Counted from the whole stretch's first letter, positions 9,577 to 20,046 are shown. The stretch: 63,472 nt of DNA, filler included, from 7 parts of 7 records of this genome joined end to end with filler, not necessarily neighbours in it, one strand, 5' to 3'. The notes: generated by a model not told the origin, from the sequence alone. Translations and numbers: made by a program.

Positions 9577-10059
9577 TCAACCAAGAGTACGCCGTTTGAT
9601 GGATATTCTTTGCAAAATTAACGGTAAACGGGCGGACCACATAAACGCAAACACACCAACAGATGCGGCACCGCAAGCCAATGTTTTTACGTGCTGATCG
9701 TTATACTCAGTTGTGTCACCGGCTGTCTTCCAAACGAACAACAGTGAAAGCGCAAGTGCTCCAAAGAATAACCAAAAGAAAATGAGCTGACCGCTGGCTA
9801 ACTGGGCATCTTCCTTATTTGCAAGTTTGCTAACGCGCATGGCTTCATCTTTGTCAGTCACAGCGTATTGCGAAACGGAAAATGGCGAGGTTAGTACAGC
9901 GATCACTGCAAGATATACACCAATGAGTATAGAGATGATGGTCGCCAACAGACCCACGATTACGGCAAACCTTTGGGGTTCTACGTAGGCGGCGTTGCCT
10001 GCGTAAATAGATGCGCCGAGGCTAATAAGCAGCCATACTATTGAGCCATACCTAACCAT
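9577..10059 (-). CDS. Hypothetical 4-TM membrane protein, 160 aa (RexB-like size and topology)
   Basis: ATG at 10059 lies 1 nt after the upstream TGA; four hydrophobic segments; AT-richer than flanks. Confidence 0.75.
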   Translation of the reverse strand: MVRYGSIVWLLISLGASIYAGNAAYVEPQRFAVIVGLLATIISILIGVYLAVIAVLTSPFSVSQYAVTDKDEAMRVSKLANKEDAQLASGQLIFFWLFFGALALSLLFVWKTAGDTTEYNDQHVKTLACGAASVGVFAFMWSARLPLILQRISIKRRTLG

Positions 10060-10060
10060 A

Positions 10061-10969
10061 TCATGCGTCCAATGCGCGGTTTGCGGCCAGCTCTTGATAG
10101 TACGCTTCCAATTCCTTTTTTGCATGATCGAAAGAGAAGCTATTTGCATGCCGCGGCAGCTTCACGGATTTTGACTTCTTCAACATCGAATTTGAAACCT
10201 TGGTGTTGTCTTCAAGAACGATCTTAAAGCTTTCAGATGTCTCATCAGCCATTAATTCTCTGCCTAACTCCGTTAGCCACTGGTCTTGATGGACTTCCTC
10301 TTTCGTGAAACGTCCACGTTTTAAAATCACTCGGCCTGTCGTAGTTGCGCGTTTGCGTAACTTACTGGCGTCCTCTGGCATGCCAAGAGCCATCTGCAAA
10401 TAGCGAGCAACCTTTTCCTTCCGAGTGGAGATATTCAAATTTTCCAAATAAGATGTTATCGAAAAGTCGATTTCCTTCACGCCCACCTCAGTGATGCGAT
10501 TGAGGGTTGTTTGGTCGGGCACATCAGCGATCCTCATCGTCACATCCCCTCCTAAGACATCCGCACCCCGAGCAAGTTGTAGCACATTGGCTGCAAATGT
10601 TCCGCCCTTGTTCTTCATATTGCAGGTAACGATATGGTTACGAACCACATAGCAAACGATCTCCTCTTTAAGAAAGTTTCGTTTGTTTGGGTGAAAAAAC
10701 TCATCGACAGCTACGCTGTTGTCGGTTGTATTAAGGTTTATAACCCCGATCGCCCCTTGCTCAAACTCCAGTACTCTTAGGAAAATTCCGTGTGTGGCTT
10801 CCTCTAAGCTTGCAAAGAGGTGACTCGAAAAAAGGTCGACTGCGATAGTCCGAGCTTCTGCGATTGTAAGTTTGGCAAAGGTGTTGCGTAAAACGTCTTC
10901 GAACGTACCGTTGAACCCCTCGTTGAAGTATGCCCTTTGCAATGAAAGAGTTTTTGACCTTTGTGACAT
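10061..10969 (-). CDS. Hypothetical soluble protein, 302 aa (candidate RexA/RdgC-like partner)
   Basis: Long open frame with alien composition and no TM segment or signal peptide; tightly coupled to the 4-TM gene. Confidence 0.8.
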   Translation of the reverse strand: MSQRSKTLSLQRAYFNEGFNGTFEDVLRNTFAKLTIAEARTIAVDLFSSHLFASLEEATHGIFLRVLEFEQGAIGVINLNTTDNSVAVDEFFHPNKRNFLKEEIVCYVVRNHIVTCNMKNKGGTFAANVLQLARGADVLGGDVTMRIADVPDQTTLNRITEVGVKEIDFSITSYLENLNISTRKEKVARYLQMALGMPEDASKLRKRATTTGRVILKRGRFTKEEVHQDQWLTELGRELMADETSESFKIVLEDNTKVSNSMLKKSKSVKLPRHANSFSFDHAKKELEAYYQELAANRALDA

Positions 10970-11229
10970 GAATACCGTTCCCGACTATCTACCAGAGATT
11001 GAAACACAATCAGCAAGAGATCAAATATTTTTCCTATCGTGCATGACTTTGACGTGCAGTGTGATGTAGTGATCATCAGTAAGAACTCTGTTGACTGGCA
11101 TCGGCATTATACCCCGTAGCAGCACTTTGTTGGTCTAAGCACTCGTCTCCCCCCCCCCTCAAAAACGCTTGGCGGCGGCTTGGGGTTTGGCTAGAACATC
11201 CTTCCCGATATGTTGCAAGGATCGCTGTT

Positions 11230-11571
11230 TTGGACGCCACAGCCGCCCGTATTTCCCGCCAGATCGCCACTGAAATTGCCGCCAGCCCTGCCCAGGTCGA
11301 GGCGGCGGTTGCCTTGCTTGATGGTGGCGCCACCGTGCCCTTTGTTGCGCGCTACCGCAAAGAGGCCACCGGGGGGCTGGATGATGGGCAATTGCGCAGC
11401 CTGGCCGATCGGCTGGCCTATCTGCGCGAGCTTGAGGCGCGGCGCGGGGTGATTTTGGCCTCGATCCGCGAGCAGGGCAAGCTGAGCGATGATCTGGCCC
11501 GCGCCATCCATAGCGCCGAAAGCAAGGCCGCGCTGGAAGATATCTACCTGCCCTACAAGCCCAAGCGCCGC
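11230..11571 (+). CDS. tex: Tex family RNA-binding transcriptional accessory protein, N-terminal part
   Basis: [24 protein letters not shown]...[13 protein letters not shown]; cut by spacer. Confidence 0.95.
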
Positions 11572-11671
11572 NNNNNNNNNNNNNNNNNNNNNNNNNNNNN
11601 NNNNNNNNNNNNNNNTTAATTAATTAANNNNNNNNNNNNNNNNNNNNNNNNNNNNNNNNNNNNNNNNNNNN
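11572..11671. other. Artificial contig spacer
   Basis: N44-TTAATTAATTAA-N44 (stops in all frames). Confidence 0.99.
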
Positions 11672-13834
11672 CAGGTTGACCGCGATCATGATCGTCACCC
11701 ATTTGGGATCAAAGGTGCCGCCATAGATAACCGGCCCGACAATCGGGATCACGATGTAGATGATCTCTAGGAAATCCAGCACGAAGCCCAGAACAAACAG
11801 CACCAGCATCACGATCAGGAACACCGTCAGCTCATTGTCAAAGGACTTGAGGAACTGCTGAATGTAATGCTCACCGCCAAAGCTGATCACCACGAGGTTC
11901 AGCAGCTGCGAGCCGATCAGGATGGTAAACACCATCGAGGTCACCTTGGCCGTTTCGCGCACAACCGGTGTCAGAACACCAGAGGTGTACAGGATCCAGC
12001 AGGAAAACAGCAGACCAAAGACCGCATAGAGATAGGCGCCGTAAGCCACAAAGAAGGCAAACCAGCTTTCAAAGCTCACGTCGTCCTGATTGATCCGCAA
12101 ATCAAAGTTCACCCCGACAAGGATACAGACAACAATCGCCAGCGTGGACCAGATGATCACCTTGGGCGAACGATCCTGATCGCGCAGCTTGCGATAGGCG
12201 GCCAGCATGATCGCACCGCCCGCACCCAGCGCCGCGGCCGGTGTCGGGTTGGTGATCCCGCCAAGGATCGAGCCAAGCACAGCCACGATCAAGACCAGCG
12301 GCGGGAAGACAACGCGGATCAATTCGTTCTTGGAACACAGCCCCGTTGCATAGACCACACCGTAGATGATCAACGCAAAGGGGATCGCCATCAGCACAAC
12401 CGTCGCCCCTGGCGAGGTCAGCGGCGAGACCAGCACAATATCCACGAGCACCGCCAGCACCACGCCGATGGCTCCGATGATCAAAGGCCGGCTGTCGGCA
12501 GAGGGCGATACCCCGCGCCCCGTGGTCAGGAACAGCGAGAGCAGCACCAGAAGGATGGCAACGCCAGTCCCGATGGGTGCGGCGGCGGCAACCTTTGCGG
12601 CCTGCTTTTCGGCAAAGGCCTCATCAGACAGCTTTTCGCTGGCCTTGATGCCACCCGCCGCGTCGATATCGACCTGTTGCTGGATCGCGGCATCCCATGC
12701 CTCTTGGCCGTGCAATTCGATCATCGCGGCCTTACATTCATCCCCCACGTTGGTGCGCAGGCTCGCCGCATCACCGATTTCGGAGAAAGACGAAACCGTG
12801 GTGTTCTGGCTGCCGATGATGCCAAGGTTGCCCAGCACGATTGTACCGACAATCAACAGGACCGGCGCGCCGGCAAACCATGTGAAGGCCTCACCGCGTG
12901 TGACAGGTTCCGAGTTTGTCGCACCCATCGGCACAGCCGGAGCCTTGTCCGGGTTCAGCAGCGCATAGCCAAAGGCATAAAGCGCATAGAGCAACGCCAG
13001 CATGATCCCCGGCAGCAACGCCGCCTGGAACAATGTGCCAACGGAGACCACCGCAGGCTCACCCAGATAGGTCAAGGCATCGGTACAGCCCACAGAGGTC
13101 GCGCGCGCCTCTTGCGCAGCGGAATAAAGATCCCCCGCCAGCGTGCCAAGCAGAACGATCACAATTGAAGGCGGAATGATCTGCCCCAATGTGCCGGAGG
13201 CCGCGATGACGCCGGTGGCGATCTCGGGCGAATAGTTGTTGCGCAGCATGGTTGGCAGGGCCAGCAAGCCCATGGTCACAACCGTCGCACCCACAATCCC
13301 GGTAGAGGCAGCAAGGAAGGCGCCCACAACCACGATCGACACAGCCAGACCGCCGGGCAGCGGGCCAAACACCCGCGCCATCGTGGTCAGCAGATCGTTT
13401 GCGATCTTGGAGCGCTCCAGCGTGATGCCCATCAGAACGAACATCAGCACCGCCAGCAGCGTCTCAATCGACTGGCCCGCAAGCACACGTTCGTTCATGC
13501 GGTTGACGATGAAAGACACGTTGCGGTCCAGCGCGACCTCCCAGCCCGCCGGAAACACCGGCTCCGCGATGCGCGGCAGATCGGGATACCTGAACAGTGA
13601 GATCGTGTCGTTCTTGACCCCAGAATTCACCAGATCGCGGTAGGCTTGCGAGGATGTGTCAATCGCCTGGTGGATCATCAATCCCGCACTGTCGAGCGCG
13701 GCAATGATCCCAAAGGATATGATCCCGGCCCCCCCGATGGCAAAGGCCACCGGAAAGCCAGACAGGATGCCCCCGAAGAGACACACAAAAACAATGATCA
13801 GGCCAACTTCGACCCCGTCGAGACCAAACAGCAT
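11672..13834 (-). CDS. dctM: TRAP transporter large permease (DctM family), long form, 3' end truncated
   Basis: GFPVAFA, LERSKIA, AASTGIVGATVV, ASGTLGQIIPPS, GFVLDFLEI. Confidence 0.93.
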
Positions 13835-13852
13835 CAGGTCTACTCCCTTAGA

Positions 13853-14821
13853 TTAATGTGTGCCTTCGTAGGCTTCTTCACCCTCGCCCAGCGTATCGCG
13901 GTCGAGGTATTTGTTTTCGGATTCGGGCCCTTCGCGGAATTCGCACCAGCTGCGGTAGAACACCGCCAGCGCTTGCAGCAGCACCATCACGCAGAAGGCG
14001 CAGAGCAGAACCTTGAAGATAAAGTAACCGTTGAAACCGTTGGGCGAGAAACCGATGGTTTCCACGTTCCATTTCAGCAAGCGCGATTTGCGCAAAAGCA
14101 GTTCAAGCCGGTCAGAGGCGGATGGGTTGGGCGTTACCAGATGCCGCCACATAAAGAACCAGCCATAGAGCCATGTCACAGTCACAAACGGAATCATAAA
14201 GAAGATCGCGCCGAACATATCGACGATCTTTTTGGTGCGGAACTTGGCCCCGGCATAAAACAGGTCAACCCGGACATGCCCGCCTTGGACAAAGGTATAA
14301 GCCACACAAAGAGTGACCACCAAAGCATTGAAAAGTTTCAACTCTTCGGCAAACCAAGAGATGTCGAATTGCAGCGGGATACCAAACCCGATGGAGATAT
14401 CAGGCCGGGTAAAGATCCGTTGCAGGAATACGATGATGATCTGTTGCAGCACCATCAGCAGGCCCGCCCATGCAAACAGGCGGCCAACGGAGTTGTTGAA
14501 CCATTCCAGCCCGCGCACATAGGCCCACATGACCTCGCGCTTCCACATGCCGATGATGGTCAGGACAATCAGGAAAGTTGTCAGGACAAAAAACAGTTCG
14601 ACCGACGCACCATAGTAGATGAACCGCATCAGGGATTCTTTGTTGGACCAATCAAGCCACATGCCCGGATTGAGCAAGGCTGCAAAGAAATTATAGAAGG
14701 ATTCCAGTATATTGCCCGTCACAAACTGGACGAAACCACCGTCTTGGAATTTGTCGAGACAGCTGAGTTTTGCACCCTCCGCCGCCCGGAAAAACCCCGA
14801 ACACATCACTTCATCGGCCAT
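13853..14821 (-). CDS. dctQ: TRAP transporter small permease (DctQ family), extended
   Basis: GGHVRVDLFY motif; multiple TM segments; lies between dctP and dctM. Confidence 0.9.
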   Translation of the reverse strand: MADEVMCSGFFRAAEGAKLSCLDKFQDGGFVQFVTGNILESFYNFFAALLNPGMWLDWSNKESLMRFIYYGASVELFFVLTTFLIVLTIIGMWKREVMWAYVRGLEWFNNSVGRLFAWAGLLMVLQQIIIVFLQRIFTRPDISIGFGIPLQFDISWFAEELKLFNALVVTLCVAYTFVQGGHVRVDLFYAGAKFRTKKIVDMFGAIFFMIPFVTVTWLYGWFFMWRHLVTPNPSASDRLELLLRKSRLLKWNVETIGFSPNGFNGYFIFKVLLCAFCVMVLLQALAVFYRSWCEFREGPESENKYLDRDTLGEGEEAYEGTH

Positions 14822-14918
14822 ATGATCCCCCTCGCATTGCGCAGGGCCCCTCTTTGGCCCCGATCGCAAGCACCTGTGTTTCGGCCTTTTGGCCGTTAAA
14901 CGCGCTTTGGTGTAGACA

Positions 14919-14949
14919 TCCGGGGGCCGCAGATCATGCAGCCCCCGGA
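14919..14949. repeat. Intergenic inverted repeat between dctP and dctQ
   Basis: TCCGGGGGCCGCA-GATCA-TGCAGCCCCCGGA. Confidence 0.6.
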
Positions 14950-14966
14950 CAATTCAGTCTTGGCAA

Positions 14967-16055
14967 TTAGCCTGCGTTACGTACGCGCTCACGCTGCTCT
15001 ACGTAGAATGCGTCAGACTTGGACAGCCATTCGGCGGAAGACGTCAGCGACGCTTCGAAGCTTTCGCGTGTTTTTGCAAACAGCTCGTCGCCCATGTTTT
15101 CGTCCATAACCTCTTTGGAGGCCGCGCCGAATGCATCCCAGACGTCGTCTGTGAACTGCATGGTTTTCACACCCTGCTGCTGCAGACGCGCCAATGCGGC
15201 ACCGTTGTTGGCCAGCGTTTCGGCCAGCTGCACGTGGGTTGTCGCCATTGTGGAATATTCGATGATCTTCTGGTGTGCAGGTGACAGGTCGTTGAACACG
15301 TCGAGGTTCACCGCACATGCAAGACCGGAGCCTGGCTCGTGGAAGCCCGCAGTGTAGTACACTTTGGCAACTTCCTGGAAACCGGCGCGTTCGTCCGCGA
15401 ACGGGCCAACCCACTCCAGACCGTCCAGAGCGCCCGAAGACAGAGCCTGATACAGTTCGCCGCCCGGGATGTTCTGAACGGATGCGCCCAGTTTGCCCAG
15501 AACCTTGCCGCCAAGGCCAGGCATACGGAATTTCAAGCCGTTGAAGTCCGCTGCGGAGCCGATTTCCTTGCGGAACCAACCACCGGACTGGGAACCGGAG
15601 TTACCAGCAAGGAAGGATTTCAGGTTGAAGATCTCGCCCAGCTCATTGTGCAGCTCGTGACCGCCGCCGTGGTGATACCAGTTTGTCAGCTCTTGCGCTG
15701 TGCCGCCGAATGGTACGGCTGTGTAGTACGCATAGGCAGGGTGCTGGCCGATGTAGTAGTAGTCGGCAGAGTGGTACATGTCAGCCTGACCGGAGGATAC
15801 CGCGTCAAACACTTCGAATGCGCCAACCAGTTCGCCCGGTGCTTTCTTGTCGATGGTCAGAGTGCCGTCAGACATCTCGTTAACCATGTTGTTCAGATAT
15901 GTGGCCGCATCGTCCAGCACGGCAAAACCGCGTGGCCAGGATGTTACCATAGTCAGTGTGCGCTTGCCTTGTGCATACGCAGGTGCTGCCAGCGTTGTGG
16001 CTGCGGCGGCTGTCCCGCCAAGTGCAGATGTCTTCAGAAATGAACGACGATCCAT
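14967..16055 (-). CDS. dctP: TRAP substrate-binding protein (TakP-like) with Tat signal
   Basis: MDRRSFLK twin-arginine signal; GGWFRKEI, LKFRMPGLGG, EWVGP, GFHEPG. Confidence 0.93.
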   Translation of the reverse strand: MDRRSFLKTSALGGTAAAATTLAAPAYAQGKRTLTMVTSWPRGFAVLDDAATYLNNMVNEMSDGTLTIDKKAPGELVGAFEVFDAVSSGQADMYHSADYYYIGQHPAYAYYTAVPFGGTAQELTNWYHHGGGHELHNELGEIFNLKSFLAGNSGSQSGGWFRKEIGSAADFNGLKFRMPGLGGKVLGKLGASVQNIPGGELYQALSSGALDGLEWVGPFADERAGFQEVAKVYYTAGFHEPGSGLACAVNLDVFNDLSPAHQKIIEYSTMATTHVQLAETLANNGAALARLQQQGVKTMQFTDDVWDAFGAASKEVMDENMGDELFAKTRESFEASLTSSAEWLSKSDAFYVEQRERVRNAG

Positions 16056-16306
16056 TGGATACTCCTCCCAAATTACCGCGCCTGATACGCATTTTTGCAC
16101 GCACAGGTCGCTTCAAGTGACGCTACAGTAACGGGCGCTGCTGTTTTTGAAATACCTACTACTACGTATAGGGCCGCCTCGATTGTCAGATTCGGTAAGG
16201 TTTTTTGACCGAAATGTACGAAATGGGGCGATTTCCACCCCCGGCCTAGGGGGATCACGGCCTCTCGGGGCTTTGATTCGGGTCAGATTCGGCGTATCGA
16301 ATCGTT

Positions 16307-17734
16307 ATGCGCCGTCCGCTTTCCTTTCTGTCTCCCAGCTATGCGCAAAAGCTCACGCTGCTTGCCACGGTGCCGCTGATTGCGGCGGTGGCAGCGATTG
16401 CGATGATCGTGGCCTTGCAGGCGCGGGCACTGGCAGAGCGTGAAATCACCACCCTTGAGACCCAGTTGATCGAGGCCAAGAAAGCCGAGTTGCACAATTA
16501 CGTGACGCAGGCCCGCAACGGCTTTTACTTTGTCTATGGCCGCGCCGCGCCCGATGATGATGCGGCCAAGGCGCAGGTGACACAGATCCTGTCGGCGATG
16601 ATTTATGGCGATGACGGGCAATTCTTTGTCTATGATTATGACGGCAACGCCATCGTCAGCCCGCGCCAGACCGAGCGGATCAATGAAAACTGGACCGGGC
16701 TGACCGACAGCGAAGGCACGCCGGTGGTGGATGAGTTAATCCGAATTGCCCGTGCCGGTGCGGGCTATCACACCTATCTCTGGCCCAAACCCTCGACCGG
16801 CAAAGAGGCGCGGATGATCACCTATGTGACCTCCTTTCCCTCCTGGCAGTGGGCCGTGGGCACGGGCGTGTTCATTGATGATGTGCTGGCCTCGGTCGCC
16901 AATGCCCGCGCCGATGTGGAGGCCCGCGTGCAGCGCACCTTTGTCTATATCGGCGGGATCACCCTTTTGGCGCTTTTGGTGGTTTTTGCCACCGGTATGT
17001 TCATCAACCTGCACGAAAGGCGTCTGGCCGATGCCAAGCTCAAGAAACTGACCTTGCGGGTGTTTGACGCCCAAGAAGAAGAACGCGGGCGGGTGGCGCG
17101 GGAATTGCATGACGGGATCAGCCAGATTTTGGTCGGCGTGCGCTATGCGCTGGACAATGCGCGGCGGCGCTTGGAACGGGGCGATCCCAAGGCCGAAGAG
17201 CCGCTGAACAAGGGCATCACCACCCTCGCCGATGCGATTTCCGAGGTCCGCCGGATCAGCCGCGATCTGCGCCCCGGTGCGCTTGACGATCTGGGCCTTG
17301 GCCCGGCGATCAAGACCCTGACCGAAGAATTCGAGGCCCGCACCGGGATCACCTGCACATTTGATACGGTCGTGTTCCGCAACCGGCTTGATAATGACGC
17401 CAAAATCGCGCTTTACCGCATTGCCCAAGAAGCCCTGACCAATGTGGAGCGACATGCGGGGGCAACACGGGTCGAGATTGACCTGCGCGGGCACCGGCGC
17501 GGGGCCACCCTTCGGATCAGGGACAATGGCAAGGGGCTGACCACGGGCCGCAGCACTGGATCATCGGGGCTGGGCCTGCGCAACATGCAAGAACGCATGG
17601 ACCAATTGGGCGGCACACTGCGACTGATAGAAGCGAAAGGCGGCGGGACCGCGATTGAGGCCAACGTGCCATTGACGCATCTGCTGCCGCCTGAAAAGAC
17701 AGAGGTCAAGCCAACAAAGGTTGCCGCAGAATGA
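16307..17734 (+). CDS. Cache-domain sensor histidine kinase (HisKA_3 type)
   Basis: Two TM segments around a Cache domain (FFVYDYDG, YLWPKPS, WAVGTG); EERGRVARELHDGISQ, QEALTN, GLGLRNM. Confidence 0.93.
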   Translation: MRRPLSFLSPSYAQKLTLLATVPLIAAVAAIAMIVALQARALAEREITTLETQLIEAKKAELHNYVTQARNGFYFVYGRAAPDDDAAKAQVTQILSAMIYGDDGQFFVYDYDGNAIVSPRQTERINENWTGLTDSEGTPVVDELIRIARAGAGYHTYLWPKPSTGKEARMITYVTSFPSWQWAVGTGVFIDDVLASVANARADVEARVQRTFVYIGGITLLALLVVFATGMFINLHERRLADAKLKKLTLRVFDAQEEERGRVARELHDGISQILVGVRYALDNARRRLERGDPKAEEPLNKGITTLADAISEVRRISRDLRPGALDDLGLGPAIKTLTEEFEARTGITCTFDTVVFRNRLDNDAKIALYRIAQEALTNVERHAGATRVEIDLRGHRRGATLRIRDNGKGLTTGRSTGSSGLGLRNMQERMDQLGGTLRLIEAKGGGTAIEANVPLTHLLPPEKTEVKPTKVAAE

Positions 17735-18375
17735 CCCAAAAGACCAAAGTTCTGATTGTCGATGATCACCCGATGGTTGCCGAAGGCATTCAATCCATTC
17801 TCGAAAGCTATGACGATGTCGCAGTGGTCGGCACCGCGTTCAATGGCCGCGAAGTGATGGACCGGCTTGAGACACTGGACCCCGATGTGATCTTGATGGA
17901 TCTCAACATGCCGGAGATCGGGGGGCTGACCGCCACGGAAATGGTGCTTGAGCGCCGCCCCGGCACGCGGGTCGTGATCCTCACCATGCATGACAGCCCT
18001 GAATATATCTCGTCCGCCCTCAGCCACGGCGCAATGGGCTATCTGCTCAAGGACGTGCCAACCGACGAAATCAAGCTGGCGATTGATACCGTCATGCAGG
18101 GCCGGCAATACCTGTGTACCGGCGCGCAGGGGTCCATTGCCCCCAAAGAGGGCGAGCCGCGCGAGGCGCTGACAGAGCGCGAGCAGACGATTTTGCTGCA
18201 ACTGGCGGCGGGCAAGTCCAACAAAGAGGTCGCGGTTGCGCTGGAGATTTCGGTGCGCACCGTTGAAACCCACCGCAAGAACATCAAACGCAAACTGGGC
18301 ATTTCCAGCACCGCCGGGCTGACACGCTATGCGCTGGAACATGGTGTTTTGCAGGGCACCGGTGTGCGGCTTTAA
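17731..18375 (+). CDS. NarL/LuxR family response regulator
   Basis: IVDDHPMV, MDLNMP, LTEREQ...SNKEVA...TVETHRKNI. Confidence 0.95.
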   Translation: MTQKTKVLIVDDHPMVAEGIQSILESYDDVAVVGTAFNGREVMDRLETLDPDVILMDLNMPEIGGLTATEMVLERRPGTRVVILTMHDSPEYISSALSHGAMGYLLKDVPTDEIKLAIDTVMQGRQYLCTGAQGSIAPKEGEPREALTEREQTILLQLAAGKSNKEVAVALEISVRTVETHRKNIKRKLGISSTAGLTRYALEHGVLQGTGVRL

Positions 18376-18567
18376 CGGGCTGGCCTACCGAAACGACCGT
18401 TTTTGACTGGTAGGATTTGGCAGGAGGGGCCGGTACGCGGACAAAGTGTGAATTCGTTGCGGTTGCGTGAAGGTCTGCTTAGACGCAACGGGCTTCATCA
18501 CATAACGCTCGTTATTTGGCTGTAAAAATGAAATAAAAACAACACTCTACAGCTTTTATCGCATCAT

Positions 18568-19089
18568 TTAATGGCCACTTGGCCAAGAAGCATGAGTGAT
18601 CTTTGAAAGGGCATCCCGAATAACTTCGAGTTCTATCATGGGGCCATCAGCGGTGGCTCTCTCAAGATATTCTACAACAAGATTTCGCTGAGGTTCATCC
18701 ATCTGGTTCCAGAGAAAACCAAACCGCGAAGACCGCCCAAAAACCTTCTTCTTAGGCGTAAACCGCCACGCTAAGTCCGTGAGCAGCCTATCCATTGCCA
18801 TCGACCAATACTGTTCGGCAACGCATTCAACGTACATGTTTGCACCAAAATAGTAGAGCGCCACATTGTCGGGAAAGAACGAATGACAACAGGTATGGTT
18901 TTCAAAGTCAGGTACTGACAATTCATCCCAAGACTTGTCTTTGAAATAGCCTGTTTCTTCAAAAGATTCGCTAAATTTCCAGTTACTGCCAAAGTCAGGG
19001 AACTGAGGCGGTGCGCCAGTATCGAACGATTGGCGTATTTTGACGGCTAGTTTGTTCATGAAGGCCGACAGTATTTGATCTGACAACAT
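18568..19089 (-). CDS. Hypothetical protein (possible DUF6714-like), AT-richer insert
   Basis: 173-aa ORF; segment KSWDEL...SFFPDNVALYYFGANM resembles my recollection of DUF6714. Confidence 0.55.
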   Translation of the reverse strand: MLSDQILSAFMNKLAVKIRQSFDTGAPPQFPDFGSNWKFSESFEETGYFKDKSWDELSVPDFENHTCCHSFFPDNVALYYFGANMYVECVAEQYWSMAMDRLLTDLAWRFTPKKKVFGRSSRFGFLWNQMDEPQRNLVVEYLERATADGPMIELEVIRDALSKITHASWPSGH

Positions 19090-19491
19090 CGCTCAAGCGG
19101 GACAGTCACTTTCCCCACACGCCGCCCTTTGATCGCCACCAAACCTTGCCTCCAACACAACCTGAAGGACGTTCACATAAAACCTGTTAACAGATGTTCT
19201 GGGTTCGTTTTGTCGTACATCGTCGCGCGACGGTTGTTTTCCGCAATCTCAGAAAGCTGACATTCAAGCAATGCGTAGTATCGGTTACTCTAGGCTCCTT
19301 CCAGACCCCCTCCGCGCGGCAGGATGTGCCAGAGCTCAACCGTTTTTGTCACCGGCCGAAACGACGGATTCTGCGGCTTAAACGTCAGATAACCTGTCTA
19401 AAATTTTGGAAAATTACCCCCGCAGGCCATCGGGTGAAACAAAATGTCGCATTTTTCACCCCCAGAGACATAAATTCTGCCGGATTGAGTG

Positions 19492-19520
19492 TTGACGCCC
19501 CCTGCCCGCGATTCTAATGT
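19492..19520 (+). promoter_or_regulatory. Sigma70-type promoter of the ilv leader
   Basis: TTGACG-N17-TAATGT just upstream of the leader RBS. Confidence 0.55.
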
Positions 19521-19549
19521 CGCGCCACGTTTAAGGAGCCTTTGAAATT

Positions 19550-19597
19550 ATGACTACCCTAGTCGTCATTGTAGGACACACGCGCATGGGCCGGTAA
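19550..19597 (+). CDS. ilv attenuator leader peptide [15 protein letters not shown]
   Basis: AAGGAG RBS; run of Leu-Val-Val-Ile-Val codons; directly upstream of terminator and acetolactate synthase. Confidence 0.85.
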   Translation: MTTLVVIVGHTRMGR

Positions 19598-19622
19598 CGG
19601 TAAACCATAATCCTTCCCATGC

Positions 19623-19647
19623 GCCCCCGAAAATCGGGGGCTTTTTT
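19623..19647 (+). terminator. Attenuator terminator
   Basis: GCCCCCGA-AAA-TCGGGGGC-TTTTTT; alternative pairing GCGCATGGG (19582-90) with CCCATGCGC (19616-24) overlaps its 5' arm. Confidence 0.88.
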
Positions 19648-19683
19648 ATGCGCAACACAAATATTGCCTTACGGAGCAAGACC

Positions 19684-20046
19684 ATGACACGCCAGATGAC
19701 CGGAGCCAAAATGATCGTACAAACCCTGATTGATCAGGGTGTCGATACCGTCTTTGGATATCCAGGGGGGGCGGTGCTACCGATTTATGACGAGGTGTTT
19801 CAGCAAAACAGCATCAAACATATTCTGGTGCGCCACGAACAGGGCGCGGTGCATGCCGCCGAGGGCTATGCCCGCTCGACCGGGAAACCCGGTGTGGTTC
19901 TTGTGACCTCCGGCCCCGGTGCCACCAATGCTGTGACCGGCCTCACCGATGCATTGCTCGATAGCATCCCGATTGTGGTTCTGACCGGACAGGTGCCCAC
20001 CTTCATGATCGGCTCTGACGCCTTTCAGGAGGCCGATACCGTCGGC
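19684..20046 (+). CDS. ilvI: Acetolactate synthase large subunit, N-terminal part
   Basis: [43 protein letters not shown]. Confidence 0.95.

Noticed and set aside
11112-11120. CCCCGTAGC matching the tRNA-Arg 5' end as a possible att site of the insert
   Set aside because: Only 9 nt and from the wrong end of the tRNA; no duplicate of the 3' end was found
11616-11627. Repeated TTAATTAATTAA motif within N runs (six copies)
   Set aside because: Artificial all-frame-stop linker, not a biological repeat or CRISPR
11867-16043. Long plus-strand ORFs opposite the TRAP genes
   Set aside because: Antisense shadows caused by codon bias; no family motifs
19194-19517. 107-aa ORF upstream of the ilv leader
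   Set aside because: No motifs or RBS, and it overlaps the promoter; probably non-coding
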